A DNA stretch of 61,983 nt, the filler included, from Globobulimina sp. (lineage: Eukaryota): NCBI GenBank assembly GCA_003354225.1. It is 15 parts of 15 records of this genome, joined end to end, with 100 filler letters (N's around TTAATTAATTAA, not from the genome) between each part and the next. Parts side by side here need not be neighbours in the genome. Positions count along the whole stretch, not along the records: positions 8,288 to 12,329 come from PIVH01001694.1; positions 12,430 to 16,471 come from PIVH01001695.1; positions 16,572 to 20,612 come from PIVH01001696.1; positions 20,713 to 24,753 come from PIVH01001697.1; 11 more parts are not named here. The stretch is one strand, 5' to 3'. The translations under genes and the position numbers were made by a program. The notes under the pieces were generated by a model. That model did no database searches, was not told the origin of the DNA, and worked only from the letters and a program-made list of their open reading frames with translations. Positions 12,201-23,793 of this stretch are shown here, in pieces. How positions within the stretch are numbered: the stretch's first letter is position 1; each line of letters opens with the position of its first letter.

Positions 12201-12318
12201 GAGTATGAAGAAGGAAATGCAAAATATGAATTCCTACTCGAAGTAAACACCATACCTGCAAACAATGTTATTTATACATTTTCTTATGACATACCATACA
12301 ATCGAAGATATATAAATA
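12201..12318. repeat. Dispersed repeat family B, homologous in inverted orientation to 16572-16690
   Basis: GAGTATGAAGAAGGA..TGCAAAATATG.ATTCCTACT.GAAG...CATACCTGCAAACAATGTTATTTATACAT is shared by two contig ends. Confidence 0.8.
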
Positions 12319-12942
12319 CTGCTTCTTTANNNNNNNNNNNNNNNNNNNNNNNNNNNNNNNNNNNNNNNNNNNNTTAATTAATTAANNNNNNNNNNNNNNN
12401 NNNNNNNNNNNNNNNNNNNNNNNNNNNNNGCTTCAATTCGAGACTGGTATGGCCCGAATTGAATAAGTTCATGCCAAAAATATGCGATTTTATTAAGATT
12501 ATACATAGATAACAATCGCAGGAGAGAAACAGCAACAAAATGAAGAATGGGAAATGTTTATTGAACCAATACATTGGGCCTGCGCTGTTGCACTTGATTT
12601 TGGGCATATGTGTCATGCAAATAATATTGATGATATATGGGATGATAATTGATGCCACGGCCAGTATAGCAATGGGTAGATGTTTATTATGGTGATAGTA
12701 ATGCATATGGCACACTCGTAAGAGATAGGAATTAGAGTTGCAACAGCAATTTCATTTGGACTTTTAACGTATTTATATATATTACTGTTTTCGGCGTTTA
12801 ATAGTATTGTATTTATAAGGACAGAAACGCGTTGCTGCTTTATTTAAAATGAGCTGTTATTTTTTTCAAAGGACAAACAAATAATATTGATATTCAACAC
12901 AAAATATACAATTTTATATGAATTCGAATTATATCGTGTTTG

Positions 12943-15300
12943 TTAACATGCATTGATTACCAAATGATCTTCTTTGCGGCAATCAGCATCATTATCATAT
13001 CGAACTGTTTCATGAATCTCTATCCTATAATTACAGCCATTGAACATTGACTGAAGCGTTGGTGAGAAAATATTCTTTATCCAGCTACAACTCGCTTGTT
13101 CATAATATTCCCATGAGCCAATCACTCGTATTTGCACATTATGTGATTTAATAAAAAAATATTTTGATTTGATCACTGATAATAAAGCTAACAAATCAAA
13201 TTCATATTGTTCGTCGCCAAAGGAATCTGTTGCATAAATTATTAAATGTTTACAGCTTTTGAATAGATCAAATATTATTGCTTTGATCACATTATTTTCA
13301 GTGATTAACAGATCTTTAAAATCCAGAAATTTCTTATTTAAAAACTCTAAATTTATCACAACCTCTCTCCGGCTATTAACAAAACACTCAAATGTGTCAG
13401 TGACATATTTGTCATATTTGCTTTCACATTGATTTACTTTCAGATTCTGTCGAATTAACTGCGTCAAAATTCGATGCGCTTTGTTAGTTTTAGCGGCCAC
13501 TAAGTCATCGTCGACATCGTTGCCTTTGATAGCACAGTCAAAATAGAATAAGGGTTCGAAGAAAGCCTCAAAATCTTGCAAAGGGTCAATAATCGTAATG
13601 CTCTGTATCCGAATCGTAAAATGTCCGCCAACAAACAACCATTCATCCTCCAGACTAAAGTTAGAAAGCCAGGCACAACCAAATGTTTTTAGCAATGCCG
13701 AGTTTGTATAGCCGTAATTATTCAATTTAAGCAATATGCCGTCCCGCGCTGCGAAACGAGTCGCCACTTCTATTTGTTTGCTGGTCGAGGTGGGACCGCA
13801 TAATTTTATGTTACATTCGGGCACTGTCAACACAATGGACATTCCGCAATAAAATGGGCCCCGAACTCTATTATTTTCTTCATTCCACATTTCATCGTCT
13901 TCGTCGCCAATAATGCCGTCATATCCCTGTTGGCCAAATAATTGAATGCTTTCCCGCAGTAATTTCGACCAATTGGCAAACTCTGCGTTTCTTTCTTTGA
14001 CACTTGATATTGATTCGTACGGCACTTTCTTCCTAAAGGTCGAGGTGAAGGCACTCGACAAATCCGTCCAATCCGTATATAAAAGTATGGCTAAGATATT
14101 AAAGACGGATAACGGCGTTTCGTCCTCAATGTTATAATATAATAAGTCCGGACATTCTGATTTTAAGTGTTTAGCTCGATTGGTCGTTATTAGCTGGTTT
14201 GCTTTTTGCATAGAAACAGTAAACTCTGTCAAACAAAGCGCGAATATGCCATTCTGCAGCAACTCTTCTTTGACATTTTTGTATTTCATGGCAACGTAAA
14301 GCTCATTTTGTGTGTAGCCACAATGATCGTTGCGATTTGCGAAAAACCCCTTTTGTTGCGGTTGCAAAGAGTTAGATGGTGTTTTGTAATAATCCCAATA
14401 ATAGAAAGTGTATCCAGTGTTAAATGAGAATTGGTAAACTGTATACAATTAATATTAATATTAATATCAGGCAATGAATATATGCAAACACATACTTGTG
14501 GAGAGATAAATGTATCTTTTAATGCAATTGTATACATTTCTGTTTTCTAAATAATTTGCAATATTTGAACATGCAAACTCTGCATCACTTTGTACCGAAT
14601 CTGAATCATATTCATCGGCATTTAATTTGTGTTGCAATGTTCGAATGGTTTGCTTTGATATTTTCTGATGTCGCATATCATCATACAATCCATCTAAAAA
14701 TGTTATTTCCTCAGATTTGCAATCTTTGTCTTTGTCTTTATCAATATTATATTTGTTGTTGTTGTTATGTTGCCCATCATTGATATTATTGGCATGTAAG
14801 ACATTTAATTGTTGTTTTAAAGTGTTTCGAATATTTGCAAAAGGAGTATTTGGTTTAACTCTCATTCCCATTTCCCATAAATGTAAAACATGGCAATGTA
14901 TCTGATCCATAATGTTTCTGTAAAATATGTAATTTAAATCTTGTTTCTCATTGTTAATATTTGCATTTCTGTCCGCAAAATATCGTGATGTACATTCACA
15001 ATTATTGCCATCGCATTTAATGAATGACTGATCTTTGATTAATATCTCTGTCATATAACTTAAATCGTTATCGTTATGGTCCATAATAATATGGGTATAA
15101 TCATTTAATAACGATTCATAAGACACATTACAATATTTTGTGAATTGTTCGTGTCCGGTTTTACTATTTACGTCATTTCTAAGTGTTTGGTAATACTTCA
15201 ATGCATCAATCATTCTTAAAACAGGTTTACAGTCTTCCACTGATTTACAATCACACATTGCTTTGTTTTCTTCATCTGAACTAGTTGAGGTTGACGCCAT
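12943..15300 (-). CDS. Two-exon protein with a C-terminal ADP-ribosyltransferase-like (R-S-E clade) domain
   Basis: Start MASTSTSS at 15300. Intron ~14495-14440 (GTATGT..TACAG) joins the ORFs in frame. Motifs FYCGMS, GPTSTS..VATRFA, GILLKL and EDEWLF follow the ART beta1/STS/ExE layout. Confidence 0.6.
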
Positions 15301-15382
15301 TCTCAAAGTAACACAAAGTAACACGTTTTTATTATTAATATTAATTATAACCAAAAAACAACACAAAACAAAAAAAGGAAAT

Positions 15383-16462
15383 TTATTTTTTCTTTACAAA
15401 ATTGGTAATTAATTTATGATAATGATTGGCTTGTCGAGTGTTCATATTATATATGTCAACCACTTGCATTTGTTGCGCAGTTTGGAAATGAATTTTAAAT
15501 CCTTTATTCCTCTCACTATAAATAGCAGAGATTTCTTCAATTTGCTGTCGATTTATGACCAACCATTCCACCCATTTATTATCCTTCAATTTGGTAAAAA
15601 TAATATGTTGAAACACTTTGATGCGCGAAACAACCTCTTCTTCTTTCTCACTTTGTAAATGTACATTTAATTTATCCTTTCCAGCTCGCGTTGATCGCGA
15701 TGATGCCTCAAATCTTCTGCCAAGCACTAAATCATCAATATCGGGATCGCCCTCTTTCCAAACTGTCTGATTGCTGTTACTGACTTGCTTTAAATCCCTT
15801 TTTATAAATCGAGTCAAATGCGATAAAGTTAAGGTATTGGATTTATTTCGATTTCTAAATTGTTTTATTAAACATTGACTAAAATAGCCGCCCTTTGCGT
15901 TTTCGTCCACTTCAACACCCGGACAATTTCCATAAAGACTACAAATCAAATCCATTTTATGTCCGATTGCCTGATCGCCTCTTATTAAATAACCGCCATA
16001 TTCGTCATCGCGACAACAGTCAATAATGAATAAGCGAGGTATTTGCACTGCGGACTGCTTCCATACTCCACTGACCATCGCATGCAATTTCTGAATGGCA
16101 ATATTTTTTGTTTTTTTATTGCCGTCATAGTCGCTCGGATAGATCACATTATTCCCGCCGTGGCCACAGATGATAATCATAAGAGAGTCATAAATAAGTT
16201 GCCGTTTATTATATTTACTGACTAATAATTCCCGGCCATCTTCAATAAAATCAATTACCTCTTCTTGGCGCCACCTTTTTTTACCAAACCACTCTTTGTC
16301 ATCTACGGTCGGATAAATATCATATCCATACTCTTCGTGCCATAGTTGCCGATAATTGTTAATGTCGGTGGGTACACCCGGGAGGTTTTCAAGTTGGTCA
16401 TATTCGGAGATACCAATCAATAAAACCAACACATTCGAAACTAGATTTGCCTCATTCTTCAT
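15383..16462 (-). CDS. Caspase-family (peptidase C14, clan CD) protease; 5' end possibly off-contig
   Basis: VLLIGISEYD..L.NLPG...D, His motif ICGHGG, Cys motif PRLFIIDCCR, and GGYFSQCL. Confidence 0.85.
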   Translation of the reverse strand: MKNEANLVSNVLVLLIGISEYDQLENLPGVPTDINNYRQLWHEEYGYDIYPTVDDKEWFGKKRWRQEEVIDFIEDGRELLVSKYNKRQLIYDSLMIIICGHGGNNVIYPSDYDGNKKTKNIAIQKLHAMVSGVWKQSAVQIPRLFIIDCCRDDEYGGYLIRGDQAIGHKMDLICSLYGNCPGVEVDENAKGGYFSQCLIKQFRNRNKSNTLTLSHLTRFIKRDLKQVSNSNQTVWKEGDPDIDDLVLGRRFEASSRSTRAGKDKLNVHLQSEKEEEVVSRIKVFQHIIFTKLKDNKWVEWLVINRQQIEEISAIYSERNKGFKIHFQTAQQMQVVDIYNMNTRQANHYHKLITNFVKKK

Positions 16463-16571
16463 GTCTGTGTANNNNNNNNNNNNNNNNNNNNNNNNNNNNN
16501 NNNNNNNNNNNNNNNTTAATTAATTAANNNNNNNNNNNNNNNNNNNNNNNNNNNNNNNNNNNNNNNNNNNN

Positions 16572-16690
16572 TATTTATACATGTTCGATTGTATGATGAT
16601 GTCAGAATAATATGTATAAATAACATTGTTTGCAGGTATGTTGATTGCTTCTAGTAGGAATCCATATTTTGCAGCTCCTTCTTCATACTC
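16572..16690. repeat. Dispersed repeat family B copy (reverse complement of 12201-12318)
   Basis: Direct sequence comparison; the ORF track also shows the homologous peptides EYEEGxAKYxFLLE..NxIPANNVIYT. Confidence 0.8.
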
Positions 16691-17030
16691 TGTATACAAC
16701 AAAAAATCACGATTGGTGTATTTGGTTTATGGACAGTGCCATATCATACACGTAATGATACCATACAAGATTGGCATAACTGTACGTTGTTATTTCTGAA
16801 ATGTACATGTATATATTTTGGTATGTCGTTATTAATATCTTAGAATAAACATGTCTACGTAACTACGTATACATGTTCATATTCAAATTAGGCAGATGTT
16901 CATATTTAGTGTGATTATGAAACATACGGTGTATGTAGGTGTGGTGCAAACTTTAGGATGCATTAACGGACCAGTAACAAAAAGAGCTATTTTAAACTAG
17001 GGAGTAAAAAGTTTTTTAAAAAAGTAGCTG

Positions 17031-20000
17031 ATGAATTTTCGCCAACCCATCCGCGCGTTATTCAGCGATGTTGGTTCCTTATATGCATTAGACGACCGAG
17101 CCTGGAAAAAACTCGGCAATGGCAAAATATCACTGATCCACAACGCATACAACCCAACCAAAGTGTTACTATCATTAGAAACCGACATAAATGAATACGT
17201 CTACCAAATGAAGCCAAAAACAAAAAAAAAAGGTCAAACGTGGATATTAAAAGGCGACAACACCAAAACCAACAGCTCTGACATTCTCGCGGTGCGCTTC
17301 TCCGACAAACACATCTCTTCCTACTTCAAGAAAATGTTAGAAAAAGCGGCCAAATTAAAGAAAAAACACGAACAAAGACATCGCCGTCACCCACCACATC
17401 CAAACGTCAACCACGGCGATGGCGGCGGTCCCAACAACGGCGCCCATCATCACCACGGACACCGCCGCCATGGCCATGGCCACCATCCCGCCGGCGATGA
17501 CCGCGACGCCCTTCCTCCCATCAGCAAGTCGGAAATATTTAAACCGATATATACCATCTCATGGCGCTGTCCATTGTGCAAATATATGAATGGAATCGGC
17601 TCTTATAAATGCAATGTATGCCTGACGCCCCAATCCGACCTGAATATAATCAACAGCACACAAGACCAGTTTGTGGAGATTGTAAATATAATCCAATCCT
17701 CGCTACACAATAACCACGACCGCCAACACAAACTATTGAACGATCTGATCTCTTTAACTAAGAAACTAATGAAAAACGACCATGCGCACAAATCCTTGGA
17801 CCTCAACAACCGCGACATCCAACAAAACCTGCTCTCCATTCGCGGCGTGGACCAATTTCTGTCGTGCTTAGGCTTTGTGGAGGATGCGCCGAAGAAAAAG
17901 CTCAAATGCCCCGAGGATAAGCCGCATATTTATGCGGTGATTGCGGCGCAATCGGTGTGTAAACAGTGCATTAACCAGGACGCGGTGCGGCAGATTGACG
18001 AGAAAAAGAAGGAAAATGTATGTCTGTGTCTTATGTGTTGTATATGTATCCTTGCACTCACATATATGCATTGAAAGGAGGGCGAGATTGGATTGAATAA
18101 AACGAAGATATTGAATGAGTGTAACGGCGATATCGAGTATTGTATGAGTGTACGTCGCGTGATTTATGTCTTGAAATATTACCATGAGTTCGTTTGGTTG
18201 AAGGGCGCGCATAAAAGCACGCGGAGAGAAGGCGGCATTTACGATTATTTGTATATTAATAATGATGAGGACATACAGTTTTATTCCAACTCGTTGCTGT
18301 TGAATGATATGATTCATATCTTGCTGGAGCATGACAATAATGGTCAGTTTGAGGAGTTGTATGCGTTTACGGTGAAGGAGTTGGGAGGGAAGGCCTGCGA
18401 TATTGGAACGTGCCAAATCGTGTTACGTAACCACCGCGATCGCAGTGTGTGTGCGGAGAATAGAGAGAGAGTGGAGTTATATTTTGGGTTTAATGGGTCA
18501 AAGGAGGTGAATACGCAGCAAATCATCGATAAGTTGCACTGTTTTATTATGCATTCGTTTGATATGGGATACAAACTGAGGCAGACTGAGAAGAATAAAG
18601 TGAATGAGCAGCGTTTGAATGTAGGCAAATTACATTCGATTTTGAAAGCGAAGAAGAAGGAAAATGTGAAATATATAAATTGTAGCCAGTATAATAGATT
18701 TATTATGCATAGGCAGAGTGACATGGAGATGGATAATGAGGAGAAGGGGAATGAAGATGTTGTCGCAGTGCATGATGTGAATGGAAATGTGGCGTGTTTT
18801 TATGAGAAGAAATATCGCGATTTGAAGGAGGAAATGTTGCAAAATAAAGGGTGTAAAATTAGTAATGAACAATGGATGGATTTGTGGCAAAAAGCAAATG
18901 ACTTTCTGGGCTGTGAGACATTGATAAATATCACATTGCAGACAAGCGTGGGTAATGAGCATTATATGGATGACGATTATAAGCACAATGATGACAGCAT
19001 TTGCATGGAAATTTACCATTTGATATCGGTTTTGTTGTATTGTAATTTTGAGAGATTATGCTATGAGTTCCGATGTACATTGCCATTGAATGCAGATAAT
19101 AACGTAAAAAAATATGAATTTGCAAATTGGTGGCAAATATTGCGCGAAACCGTGGATAGATACGGCATGAAAATGAAATCTAATGATAATAATAAATTGT
19201 ATTATGGCGTAAATGGAGAGATATTGTTTACTGATTTTGCATTATCGGTTGCTGGCACATTATCGGTGTCGAGCGAGTATGTGATACCGTATTTATATAC
19301 AAATACGGATACAAATGGTTTGTTGTTGGAATGCAGTGATAACGGAATATCGTACTTTGTTTGTGACTTTTTATCAGATTTTATGTACGAAAAAGAGAAA
19401 TTATTTCTAAGTCATGACAATGTTGATCGGAGCATTGAAATCAAAAATATTTACAATATGTTATTGAAGCATGACTATAAATATTGTATAAATGCGATAC
19501 AAATTATATTGAAAATGGTTGACGGAAAAGCATTAAACACGCCGATTGGTGAGAATGTGCAGCAAATTCTCGTTAAATGTTTTAAAAAAGAAAAAGAAAA
19601 GGAAAAGAATGGCAATATATATAATAATGATGATGATAAAAAAGATGATGATGAGAATATTTCTGATTATTATTGTAATGATATTTATTTTAAACAAATG
19701 ATGGAGTTCCATTGTAATAAAATAACAGAAATTAAAATTAATTTATTTTTAATGAATATCAATAGTCATGAAATAAATTGCAAACTATGTGGATATTTAC
19801 CACTAAAATCAATATTTTTAGCTCCATTATATGAGAATGCTTGGATTCAATTGAATATATTTTGTAATATATTTAAAAATTTACAGAAAATATATATTTA
19901 CAATGTAAATGTATCGATATTGGCATCAAAACAAAAACAACAAAAAACAATGAATTTATCTAAGAAATTTTTAGATAATTTATGGATTTTTTTAAGTTCG

Positions 20001-20498
20001 AAATCGACGGAAATAGCATTAAATGAGATTGTAATATCAAATGGGAATGAATCAACATTGAGCATACAGGAAGCCGTTAAAATATATAAGAAAGAGTTTA
20101 TTGATATAAATTGGACGATTTCTTGCGATAATATTAATAAAGGAAATAATAATTATAAACAATTAATATTTAAACGAAATAGAATGAATTTTAATAAAGC
20201 AAAATTAAAACAAATTTTGTATGAAATTGATAAAGAAATATACGAATTATCGATAATATTTGAAGATAATGAGTCTGAATCAATAAGTATTTCCAAATCG
20301 TATGGTGATTTTTATAATTTATATGATGAATTATTGAATAAAATGAATATAAAATTTGATGTGGTCTTAGAAACAAATAATAGTAAAGATTTAACCAATG
20401 ATTTGTCTCAATTTTATCAGGAATTATTAATAAAATGTAAAAACAATACCAATGACGCGTTGTTATTGTCAAAAGTTTATAATTTTCTCATTGTTTAA
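17031..20498 (+). CDS. Two-exon multidomain protein: PH/RanBD-like, His-rich linker, RanBP2-type Zn finger, PUB domain, degenerate ART-like domain, possible PX-like C-terminus
   Basis: Intron 18018-18077 (GTATGT..GAAAG) joins the ORFs in frame. Motifs: WKKLGNGKI (RanBD/PH-like), WRCPLCKYMN..CNVC (zf-RanBP), HKSLDLNN..IQQNLLSIRGVDQFLSCLGF (PUB), and FANWWQILRETV, LYYGV, SVSS, EKEKLF (paralogous to 12943-15300). Confidence 0.7.
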
Positions 20499-20712
20499 AA
20501 TGATCGTTCTCTTTCATTTTCTTTTGTGTTTGCTGTTGTTTTTGTTTTGATGCCAATATCGATACATTTACATTGTAAATATATATTTTCTGTAAATTTT
20601 TAAATATATTACNNNNNNNNNNNNNNNNNNNNNNNNNNNNNNNNNNNNNNNNNNNNTTAATTAATTAANNNNNNNNNNNNNNNNNNNNNNNNNNNNNNNN
20701 NNNNNNNNNNNN

Positions 20713-21105
20713 TATGGTGGTGCCGCCAGCCTTAAATATATGACTATAAATTAATTCATTTGATAATATTTTTGTTGATCGAAGTCCTTCAACAAAAGCA
20801 TTAGGTTTTGTATTTGACTTAAAATCACATCGTGAATAATACGGTAACCAGTTATTGTTATTATTATTGTCATCATTGCCATTCCTGCCACATTTTCTGG
20901 GCAATTGTGTTCTTTGTCTAATTAACATTGAAATTGACAACAAATCAGAATCTGTTCTGTTTTGTTGATGTTCATATTGGGAATTTATATTCATAATTCC
21001 TTGCAATTGGTCATTTTGATCGTTGTACGTGTATAGTATATTGAATGTGCAAATGATTGAAATAGAAATGATCAAAAGTAGAGTTTGTAGGTTTGTTTTT
21101 ACCAT
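20713..21105 (-). CDS. Golgi-type sulfotransferase (type II membrane), N-terminal part only
   Basis: N-terminal TM anchor and the 5'-PSB motif YSHIFKAGGTTI just before the contig edge. Confidence 0.7.
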
Positions 21106-21339
21106 TGTTTCATTTATTTGACCGTTTTTTTTTTAGCTGTAAAATAAACATTTCAGACACCGGAGATCCATTCTTTCTTCACCATTGACATTGCATTGGA
21201 ATGGACCAAATCGAACATTTATTGAAACAAAACGACTCAAACAGTGTATGTAATTAATACTATTTAATTTCACGGTGCAAGGACAACCAAACAATTTACC
21301 ACACAGAAAATCGCCGGATTAATTTTAGCAATCAATTAT

Positions 21340-23412
21340 TTGAAAAATGAATCAAAAGACAACGTTGATCGAGATCTTGAAACAATTTATCAAAGCATGG
21401 GTAGAAAATTCTTATTTAAATTACTGTCATCGCCGTTATTTATTACTAATTCATTGCAAATAAACACAACATCAATCACATGCTTTCGAGTCGCTATCTC
21501 AATCACAAAGGCAATGATCTATAATCCATCCATAAACAACCAGATTATTGCTGGAATAGTCCCATTATTCACTAATATCATGGCGCAAATTGCAAACACA
21601 AACAAGGATGCTTTGAATGCTTTGAATAACTCAATTATTGACTGTACCTTTATGATATTGCAATGTTACCACAATTATAATAATCAAAATAATCCACAAA
21701 AACTAATCCAATATTACATAGTCACAAAATCAAACCATTTCAATCAAAAAAATGCTGAAAAGGCAAATGTTTATTCGATGACAATGGCATTCCTCAAATA
21801 TTTGTCATTGAAGCAACCAAAAAATGACAATGAAGAAAAAAAAGATGAAAAAAAAGATTCAGAAACAAATGTTTTCGATCAACACAAAAAAATAATAAAA
21901 ATTATAGAGTTTCTCATTTTAAATTGTTTGAAAGCAAATATTAAGGAGCAAACACAAAATGTATTTATTAAAACTCTCATTAAATCCTACAAAGAATGCC
22001 AAACTAAATTAAAACTGGAATTTCCCAAACTTATTTTATCCGTTTTTTATCATTTATTTGGTGATCAAAAATCAGACAAAGAGCTGTTGGCCGAGTATCT
22101 GATTGAAATCAAAGAGATTTGTGTCAGTGCATTGGTGTCGATGTCAAGGATGTGTGTCCAACACAGATTGGATATCTTCAAATTAATTCAAATGTCGTTA
22201 TTCTTTGAAAAACACAAATGGTTTATCAGCAATATTGAAATCAACAAAATGAACTCAGAAAAACTGTTCCTTTTTGTTTTGAGCAGCGTTTGCAATGAGA
22301 TTCAAAGTGCGTTAGAAATACCATTATGGGCAAAAAACAAATCAAAACATGACAATATAAATATTAATCAATATGATATTTTAAATACAAATTTGAATAT
22401 TTTCGACAAGTTACTATCATTTGTTATCTCTGAAAATGAACAGATTGACGCCTTTATATCGGCATTTTCATCAAAAACAATGCATTCGATACAAGGAAAT
22501 ATTCACAATGTAATACGCTCACTGTTTTACTATTTGACTGAATTAAAATTTGCGGTATTTGAGAAAAATAGCGATATTGCAATTGGAGCACAAAAACAAA
22601 AAAAGAATGCAAATAAAGAAAAGAGTGCCGAGAGTGCCGTGGATAAAAAATTGAAAGTAATTAATAAGAAATTTGAAGCGTTGCAGTTGAATGATATTTT
22701 GAATGATGAATGTTATGTGTTATTAGATAGGATTTTATGTAGTATTTCGTTGTATGTTGGTAATGATTTTAAAACCTTTACAGACGAATTTTGTGGCATT
22801 TTATCATTTATTTTGCGTCAGTTTGGGGATAAATATCTTTGTGTTGTTTGTAATGTGTTGTCCAAAATGTTAACAAACGACATTTCAGAGTCTACGGAGA
22901 ATGATAAAAAATATAAAAAAATGATTATCGACGAGTTATATGTTAATGATTATTTATTTGATATTGCTATAAAAAAAAAGTTAAATGAATTAGCGTTGAA
23001 ATTAACAGGTGGCCATGGACACAAACCGGAATTATCGGAATTGTTTGAATTAGAAAATGAATTTTTGAGTCTTGCTTTGTTGATAAATGATGTCTTTGTG
23101 TTTAGAAACAATAGATTTATATCAAAATTATTGAATGAAGATAATATTAAAAACTGTCAATTTGAGACATTGATTAATATGGTTTGTCGTATCAGCGTCA
23201 CTCGAGAATCACAGGAAATTGTGTTGCCACTAATTTTTGTTATTTTGCGGACCATCAACAAAACAGCAGATGCAAAATTGGATAAATTTGTCAGAAATGG
23301 AATTAAAAATCATATACCAAATCTGATGAAAATCGCAAATGTTTGTCAACAATATGAACATGCGTGGCTCGATGATATTGCTATGGATATCATGCAATTG
23401 CAACAAAACTAA
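21340..23412 (+). CDS. Helical-repeat protein, possibly neurochondrin-like; 5' exon(s) probably upstream
   Basis: IYQSMGRKFLFKLL and DRILCSISLYVG..FTDEFCGILSFIL resemble neurochondrin motifs. Long uninterrupted ORF. Confidence 0.45.
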   Translation: MKNESKDNVDRDLETIYQSMGRKFLFKLLSSPLFITNSLQINTTSITCFRVAISITKAMIYNPSINNQIIAGIVPLFTNIMAQIANTNKDALNALNNSIIDCTFMILQCYHNYNNQNNPQKLIQYYIVTKSNHFNQKNAEKANVYSMTMAFLKYLSLKQPKNDNEEKKDEKKDSETNVFDQHKKIIKIIEFLILNCLKANIKEQTQNVFIKTLIKSYKECQTKLKLEFPKLILSVFYHLFGDQKSDKELLAEYLIEIKEICVSALVSMSRMCVQHRLDIFKLIQMSLFFEKHKWFISNIEINKMNSEKLFLFVLSSVCNEIQSALEIPLWAKNKSKHDNININQYDILNTNLNIFDKLLSFVISENEQIDAFISAFSSKTMHSIQGNIHNVIRSLFYYLTELKFAVFEKNSDIAIGAQKQKKNANKEKSAESAVDKKLKVINKKFEALQLNDILNDECYVLLDRILCSISLYVGNDFKTFTDEFCGILSFILRQFGDKYLCVVCNVLSKMLTNDISESTENDKKYKKMIIDELYVNDYLFDIAIKKKLNELALKLTGGHGHKPELSELFELENEFLSLALLINDVFVFRNNRFISKLLNEDNIKNCQFETLINMVCRISVTRESQEIVLPLIFVILRTINKTADAKLDKFVRNGIKNHIPNLMKIANVCQQYEHAWLDDIAMDIMQLQQN

Positions 23413-23480
23413 TAAGAGTGTGATTTGTTAACTAATGTTTCTCAAATTTCTAGACGTTTCAATATTTTTTGAACTCTCGG

Positions 23481-23610
23481 TTTTTTGGCTTAGTTTCGTT
23501 TCGTTTCGTTTCGTTTAAACGATTAGCAAAGTTTTTGGAAACCACTATAGCTAATCCAAAAAACCTTGCCAATCGTTGAATTGAAACGAAACTAAGCCAA
23601 GAAAAGTTAA
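23481..23610. mobile_element. MITE-like hairpin element, family A
   Basis: Left arm TTTTTTGGCTTAGTTTCGTTTC..AACGATTAGCAAAGTTTTTGGA is complementary to right arm TCCAAAAAACCTTGCCAATCGTT..GAAACGAAACTAAGCCAAGAAAA. A homolog lies at 12053. Confidence 0.55.
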
Positions 23611-23793
23611 TTGCATCGCTATTTTTTGTTTTGTTTGTTTGTATTTATATTGTCGGGATAATTATTACGTATTGTTTTGATTGATTGTCGTGAGATTATC
23701 TGATCAAATGGCAAAAACAAAAATGGATCCTAACTACAACCGTTTAAATGAATTTATAAATATGATCACAGTTTGTATAAATATGAAAAATAG

